NCBI GenBank assembly: GCA_035493655.1
Contig: DATJHX010000081.1
Span: 1 to 36,196, forward strand
Source of the DNA: Nitrosospira sp.
Lineage (GTDB): Bacteria; Pseudomonadota; Gammaproteobacteria; Burkholderiales; Nitrosomonadaceae
Direction: 5' to 3'
DNA: 36,196 bases
The notes beneath the pieces are model-generated. The model saw only the letters and a program-made list of their open reading frames with translations. It had not been told where the DNA came from and did not search any database. Shown here piece by piece: positions 31,155 to 36,196 of the stretch (position 1 is the stretch's first letter; each line of letters begins with the position of its first letter). The translations under genes and the position numbers were made by a program.

Positions 31155-31787
31155 TTGACGAAGGCAGCACGCAAATCAACGGAGGAAAAGCTGCTCTTGG
31201 CCGCGCGCCGCTTGTTCTGCCAGGCCGGGATCCATGCAACCGGCATTTCACGGATTCTTGAGGAAGCAGGTGTCGCCCGCCGCAGCCTCTATACGCACTA
31301 CGGCTCGAAAGAAAATCTGCTCAAGGCGGTGCTCGATACGGAAGCGAGCATGTGGTTTCATTGGTTTGATCTGGAGCTGCCGGATCTGAAGTGTTCTGCC
31401 AGGGAGCGCATCCTGGTGCTGTTCGATCTGCTGGGGAAATGGTTCGAGAAAGAAGATTTCTTTGGTTGCATATTCATTAATGCCGTGGCGGAGCATGAAA
31501 AGGATAGCGGCTGGGTAAAGGATATGGCCGGTGCGTATCGGTATCAAATAATTGCCCGGCTCCAGTCGCTGGTTGTGGAAAGCGGGGCCGGTAATGCGGA
31601 TATGGTCACCCAGAAACTGGGCCTGATCATCGAGGGCGCGATCGTCACTGCCATGGTCACCCAAAGCAGCAAGGCCGCGCATATCGCACGGCTTGCCGCC
31701 GAGGATATTCTTCGTTGCATGGAATGTTCACCCTCCCAAGCGGAAGCTGCATCCTCCGCCACAACCGCTGCCATGGAATCGGCTTAG
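31155..31787 (+). CDS. TetR/AcrR family transcriptional regulator
   Basis: GIHATGISRILEEAGVARRSLYTHYGSKENL HTH, FFGCIFINA; GGAGG RBS. Confidence 0.93.
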   Translation: MTKAARKSTEEKLLLAARRLFCQAGIHATGISRILEEAGVARRSLYTHYGSKENLLKAVLDTEASMWFHWFDLELPDLKCSARERILVLFDLLGKWFEKEDFFGCIFINAVAEHEKDSGWVKDMAGAYRYQIIARLQSLVVESGAGNADMVTQKLGLIIEGAIVTAMVTQSSKAAHIARLAAEDILRCMECSPSQAEAASSATTAAMESA

Positions 31788-31899
31788 CCACCCATTCCTA
31801 CATGGACAGATTCAGGCAAATTTATCGACAGGAATGCGGTGTTCGTAGGCGGCAAAAGCGTGATTATTCTTGATTACTTAAGTAGAGGAGCTATTTCCC

Positions 31900-32670
31900 A
31901 TGAAATTTAAACAACTACGAAATGCAACGATCATTATCGAATATGCGGGGAAGAAATTTCTGGTTGATCCAATGCTGGCAGAAAAGGAGGCCGTCCCAGG
32001 ATTCGAGGGTACTATCAATAGTCACAAACGTAATCCGCTGGTCGATCTGCCTGTTTCCATGGACGAGATCCTCGATGTTGATGCAGTGATTGTTACCCAT
32101 ATTCATCCCGATCACTGGGACGAGGCAGCCATAAATCTGGTGCCCAAGGATATGCTGATTTTTGCGCAAAACGAGAAAGATGCAGCGGAAATCCGGGCGC
32201 AAGGATTCAGCAATATTCGGGTTCTGGGGGAGAATACTGTTTTTGATGGTATCACTCTCATCAAAACTCCTGGTCAGCATGGCAGAGGAAAAACTCTTGA
32301 AGACCTGGCGGATCTATTGGGGCATGTATCCGGTGTTGTATTCAAGCATCCCGATGAAAAAACGGTATATATCGCGGGCGATACGGTCTGGTATGAGGGA
32401 GTCGAGGAAAATCTGAAGAAATATGAGCCCGATGTCGTCATCCTTAACAGTGGAGACGCCCAGGTCCTGGATTATGACCCGATTATCATGGATAAAAAGG
32501 ATGTTTACGAGGTTTATAAGGCAGCGCCCAAGGCAACTATTATTGCCAGCCACATGGAATCGGTGAACCATGCGATGCTGTCGAGAAAAGAACTGCGGGA
32601 GTTCCTCAGCGAAAAGAATATGACGCAACGAGTATTGGTGCCTGAGGATGGCGAAGTCTGTACTTTTTAA
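31900..32670 (+). CDS. Metallo-beta-lactamase-fold hydrolase
   Basis: LRNAT, LVDPML, THIHPDHWD, AGDT, HMESVNH. Confidence 0.92.
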   Translation: MKFKQLRNATIIIEYAGKKFLVDPMLAEKEAVPGFEGTINSHKRNPLVDLPVSMDEILDVDAVIVTHIHPDHWDEAAINLVPKDMLIFAQNEKDAAEIRAQGFSNIRVLGENTVFDGITLIKTPGQHGRGKTLEDLADLLGHVSGVVFKHPDEKTVYIAGDTVWYEGVEENLKKYEPDVVILNSGDAQVLDYDPIIMDKKDVYEVYKAAPKATIIASHMESVNHAMLSRKELREFLSEKNMTQRVLVPEDGEVCTF

Positions 32671-32859
32671 TGGGATTCGCAATTTGATGCCTGGGCGGAT
32701 TCCACAGAAGCAGGCGGTTAGCGCCTGCAAGCGCCTAGAGCGGGCACCGCGACGTTTTACAATCCGTTGAAATGCGCGATCAAGCCCGTTGCATTTGTCC
32801 TTCATTTGTTGCATTTAGTGGAGAATTATCAATGCCAGGTTATGTTGGCGATGTCGCCG

Positions 32860-33192
32860 TCGCTTACGATCGTTCGATGCCTTCATCGAAGAGGGACTGG
32901 CTGAGCACCGGAGTGGACGAACAACTCAACTTTAAGCATTGAAGATTTCACAACGATTCGTTTCTGGCATTGCTATCAACAATTGCCAGCAACGGTTCGT
33001 GGCCTTGCCGCCAAGAATTTCCTGCTTTTGCAACAGATTCCTTCTACCCATCGTTGCAATTCAAAAAGATCGGAAAAGTTTGGTCCGCCAGAGTCGATAC
33101 GGCATTATCGTGCTATTGCCGCAGAAACTGATGAAGGATTTATCTGGTTCTGGATCGGTAGTCACGCGAACTACGACAAATTGTTTCCTTGA
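32860..33192 (+). pseudogene. Degraded type II toxin-antitoxin pair (antitoxin C-terminus plus ParE/RelE-like toxin)
   Basis: FDAFIEEGLAEHRSGRTTQL* followed by toxin segments in shifting frames: RFWHCYQQLP..AAKNF, YPSLQFKKIGKVWSARV, HYRAIA..FIWFWIGSHANYDKL. Confidence 0.75.
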
Positions 33193-33193
33193 T

Positions 33194-34561
33194 ATGGCTA
33201 AACCGAAATCCACATACTTCTGCACTGAATGCGGCGGGCAGACATTGAAATGGCAGGGACAGTGCCCCCATTGCCAGGCATGGAACACTTTAGTGGAGAC
33301 TGTTGCTGAAAAGACAGCATCCCGCTTCATCCCTGTATCCGAGAGTGGCCAGGTACAGAATCTGAGCGAAGTGGAAGCGGGGGAGGAGCCGCGTTACTCC
33401 AGTGGCATGGCGGAATTCGATCGGGTGCTCGGTGGTGGCCTGGTGCATGGCGGCGTCATACTGTTGGGAGGGGATCCGGGTATTGGCAAGTCGACACTGT
33501 TGCTGCAGGCGTTATGCCATATGTCTCTTGGTTTCGGCGTAACACCCGCCCGTCATGTGCTGTATGTGAGCGGGGAGGAATCCGCGCGACAGGTTGCCTT
33601 ACGCGCAAAGCGCATGGCGTTGGATGCGAAAGCAGTGCATTTGCTGGCGGAAATCCGCCTGGAAAAAATCCAGGCTGTGCTGGCGGAACGCAAGCCGGAT
33701 ATAGCGGTAATCGATTCGATTCAGACGGTGTATTCGGATGCGCTGCAATCAGCGCCGGGTTCGGTCGCCCAAGTGCGCGAGTGTGCCGCACAATTGACGC
33801 GACTGGCAAAGGCCAGCGGTACCTGCATCATTCTTGTCGGCCATGTGACCAAGGAGGGAGCCCTGGCAGGCCCGCGCGTCCTGGAGCATATGGTGGATAC
33901 AGTGCTTTATTTCGAAGGGGATACGCACTCCAGTTTTCGCCTGATCCGAGCCTTCAAGAACCGCTTTGGCGCGGTAAACGAACTGGGCGTATTTGCCATG
34001 AGTGAAAAGGGTTTGCGCGAAGTGAGCAACCCATCGGCGTTGTTTCTATCCCATCATGGCGGGCAGGTACCAGGTTCCTGTGTGATGGTGACACAGGAAG
34101 GAACACGCCCCTTGCTGGTGGAAATTCAGGCTCTGGTGGATGATGCTCACTCCCCCAATGCCAGACGGTTGAGCGTCGGGCTGGAACAGAACCGGCTCGC
34201 CATGTTGCTCGCGGTATTGCACCGGCACGCGGGCATTGTATGTTTTGATCAGGACGTGTTCGTCAATGCCGTGGGCGGCGTGAAGATTACTGAGCCAGGA
34301 GCAGACCTTGCGGTGTTGCTGGCGATCGTTTCATCGCTCAAGAACAAGCCTCTGCCGGAAAAAACAGTGGTATTTGGCGAAGTGGGTCTGGCCGGAGAAG
34401 TGCGCCCGGTGCAGCGGGGGCAGGAACGGTTGAAAGAAGCGGCGAAACTGGGCTTCGTCCAGGCTATCGTCCCTAAGGCCAACAAGCCAAAGCAGTCAAT
34501 CCCGGGAATAGAGGTCATTGCGGTGGAACGGGTAGATGAAGCGGTTGCCAAGGCTCGCTGA
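33194..34561 (+). CDS. radA: DNA repair protein RadA/Sms
   Basis: CTECG..CPHC zinc finger, GDPGIGKSTL, KNRFG; start at ATG 33194 (MAKPK). Confidence 0.97.
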   Translation: MAKPKSTYFCTECGGQTLKWQGQCPHCQAWNTLVETVAEKTASRFIPVSESGQVQNLSEVEAGEEPRYSSGMAEFDRVLGGGLVHGGVILLGGDPGIGKSTLLLQALCHMSLGFGVTPARHVLYVSGEESARQVALRAKRMALDAKAVHLLAEIRLEKIQAVLAERKPDIAVIDSIQTVYSDALQSAPGSVAQVRECAAQLTRLAKASGTCIILVGHVTKEGALAGPRVLEHMVDTVLYFEGDTHSSFRLIRAFKNRFGAVNELGVFAMSEKGLREVSNPSALFLSHHGGQVPGSCVMVTQEGTRPLLVEIQALVDDAHSPNARRLSVGLEQNRLAMLLAVLHRHAGIVCFDQDVFVNAVGGVKITEPGADLAVLLAIVSSLKNKPLPEKTVVFGEVGLAGEVRPVQRGQERLKEAAKLGFVQAIVPKANKPKQSIPGIEVIAVERVDEAVAKAR

Positions 34562-34596
34562 AGAATCGATTCGGAAGGTCTCCACTCGCGTTCATC

Positions 34597-35382
34597 ATGA
34601 GCAGCAGGCATAAATTAAGAGTACTCGCCATCCTTTCGCTCGGCATGTTGTTGATTGCGGCGATTGCTCCTCCGATTCCCCAGCCCCTCGAATATCATCA
34701 GTTTGCTGATCAGCGCGATTATTTCGGAATACCGAATTTTTTTAATGTGGTATCCAATCTTGCTTTCCTCTTTGTAGGAATAGCTGGTCTGACATTCCTG
34801 TTGTCCTCGCGCGTATCATCGCCATACCGGTCTTTCATCAAGCCGTGCGAACGCTGGTCTTATATGATTCTGTTTCTGGGCGTGACGCTGACGGGAGTAG
34901 GCTCTGCCTATTATCACCTTGCACCGGACAACGATAGCCTCGTATGGGACCGGCTACCGATAGCGATTGCCATCATGGCCTTGCTTTCAGCGACGATAAC
35001 AGAGCGCGTCAGCGTCAAAACAGGGCTGCGGTTGTTGCCTGTTCTGATTGCGGCAGGTAGCTTTAGCGTGATGTATTGGCACTGGAGCGAGCAGCGCGGA
35101 GCTGGTAACCTGAACTTTTATATCATTGTTCAATTCTATTCCATTTTACTTATTGTTCTGCTGGCAATATTCTTCCCATCGCGCTACACCCGCGGAGCCG
35201 ATATCTACATCGTATTTGCATGGTATGGAGCCGCCAAGCTGGCGGAAATCGCCGATCGGGAAGTCTATGATGCAGGACATCTGGTAAGCGGCCATATGGC
35301 GAAGCACCTGCTTGCAGCAGGTGGCGTCTATTGGCTCTTGCGCATGTTGAAAAAGCGTAAACCCTCGACGAGGTCTGGATAG
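34597..35382 (+). CDS. Ceramidase-like (CREST superfamily) membrane protein
   Basis: YHQFAD, NVVSNLAF, GSAYYHL, WDRLP, SGHMAKHL. Confidence 0.8.
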   Translation: MSSRHKLRVLAILSLGMLLIAAIAPPIPQPLEYHQFADQRDYFGIPNFFNVVSNLAFLFVGIAGLTFLLSSRVSSPYRSFIKPCERWSYMILFLGVTLTGVGSAYYHLAPDNDSLVWDRLPIAIAIMALLSATITERVSVKTGLRLLPVLIAAGSFSVMYWHWSEQRGAGNLNFYIIVQFYSILLIVLLAIFFPSRYTRGADIYIVFAWYGAAKLAEIADREVYDAGHLVSGHMAKHLLAAGGVYWLLRMLKKRKPSTRSG

Positions 35383-35430
35383 TCCGGTAGCGTTAGACTT
35401 ATTCAGAGGTTGCTTAACAGGAGAATCAGG

Positions 35431-35817
35431 ATGCACCTTATTGAAGCTTATGAAGTGATGGGTGGCGAAACAGTTTTGCGCCGCCTGGTGGACCGCTTTT
35501 ATGACTTGATGGATGAAGATCCGGATTATTATGGGATACGAAAACTTCATCCGCAAAGCCTGGTCAGCTCGCGGCAAAAGTTGTTCATGTTCCTGTCGGG
35601 ATTGACGGGCGGCCCATCCTTATACACGGAGAAGTACGGTGAACCGCGCATGCGCACTCGTCATATGCCTTTTGCCATTGGCATCCCCGAGCGCGATCAG
35701 TGGCTATCCTGCATGAACCGCGCCATGGCGGATGTTGGGCTAAACGAGCAACTGTCGAAAAAGCTTGCGATGGCGTTTTATCAAACAGCCGATTTCATGC
35801 GTAATCAGCCAGAATAA
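35431..35817 (+). CDS. Group II truncated hemoglobin
   Basis: MGGE..LVDRFYDLM, GGPSLY, RMRTRHMPF, ERDQWL, ADFMRN; AGGAG RBS before ATG 35431. Confidence 0.9.
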   Translation: MHLIEAYEVMGGETVLRRLVDRFYDLMDEDPDYYGIRKLHPQSLVSSRQKLFMFLSGLTGGPSLYTEKYGEPRMRTRHMPFAIGIPERDQWLSCMNRAMADVGLNEQLSKKLAMAFYQTADFMRNQPE

Positions 35818-35933
35818 TAGCCGGAGTAGCGGCCGGGATAACCGGTGGTCTAACAGCAAGAACGGGCAAGATTAAGCAAATTCAGGCAAGCACGTTTGAC
35901 GCAGTCAAGCACAGGCACGGAAAGAAGGAAGTC

Positions 35934-36080
35934 ATGTCTCGCATTACAATTTGTTTGTTTGCTTCTTGCCTGATTCTTCTGAATGCCTGTATTTCGACGG
36001 CACCAGGAACGTCTCACAAGACCGAAGTTGAAGAGGTCATACGTAAAAAGGATTTCCGCTTGTATTCATCACCGGTATAG
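35934..36080 (+). CDS. Small lipoprotein-like ORF (48 aa), probably truncated by an IS5 fragment
   Basis: AAGGA RBS; MSRITICLFASCLILLNAC with lipobox LNA-C; the last codons overlap the antisense strand of the IS5 sequence. Confidence 0.5.
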   Translation: MSRITICLFASCLILLNACISTAPGTSHKTEVEEVIRKKDFRLYSSPV

Positions 36081-36196
36081 CCTGCATCGCCAAAAATGAC
36101 TTCGTCTTGCTCCCGCAGCAGCTTGGGCAGAACGTTGATGTCGGCCTCGTTGGCGGCAGTGACGGTTACGCTGTGCACGGCCCCGGAATCCACATC
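36056..36196 (-). mobile_element. IS5-family transposase fragment, partial at window edge and 3'-truncated
   Basis: Minus strand reads DVDSGAVHSVTVTAANEADINVLPKLLREQDEVIFGDAGYTGDEYKR, containing IS5 DDE motifs (TAAN..D, GDAGY). Confidence 0.85.

Noticed and set aside
32939-33193. 85-aa N-terminal extension of RadA in the ORF track
   Set aside because: It is an open frame across the toxin pseudogene; RadA homology begins at MAKPK (33194).
35896-35908. FNR box near the truncated hemoglobin gene
   Set aside because: Spacing is N3 rather than TTGAT-N4-ATCAA, and the site lies downstream of the globin gene.

Overview
Betaproteobacterial chromosome segment. Gene content and order suggest a Nitrosomonadaceae (Nitrosospira-like) ammonia oxidiser; this is inference and no search was run. 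The core backbone is ccmAB, dapE/dapD/dapC, a rubrerythrin-FeS oxidoreductase-DUF3501 triad, proB, obgE-rpmA-rplU, ispB, tRNA-Pro(CGG), ampD, an ABC-F ATPase, accA-tilS and radA. Accessory material is interspersed. The most interesting piece is a tightly coupled four-gene operon (13093-15180) that splits the normally adjacent obgE and proB. It encodes a 72-aa acidic, Cys-free peptide, an SdpA-like WxFFAPNP membrane protein, an HTTM/SdpB-like protein that keeps the vitamin-K-carboxylase-type YFxAGxxKL motif, and a DCC1-like CxxC oxidoreductase. This is a candidate uncharacterised peptide-modification (RiPP-like) system. The window also holds: a 153-bp MITE whose terminal repeat appears to supply the dapC ribosome-binding site; three REP-like repeat families, one tied to a frameshifted DUF559 nuclease; a His-to-Pro change in a rubrerythrin iron ligand; a partly decayed pirin/MFS/TMEM175/TetR island; a frameshifted ParE-like toxin-antitoxin remnant; IS3 and IS5 transposase fragments at the two ends; and many 10-15 bp tandem micro-duplications at gene boundaries. 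No CRISPR array was seen.
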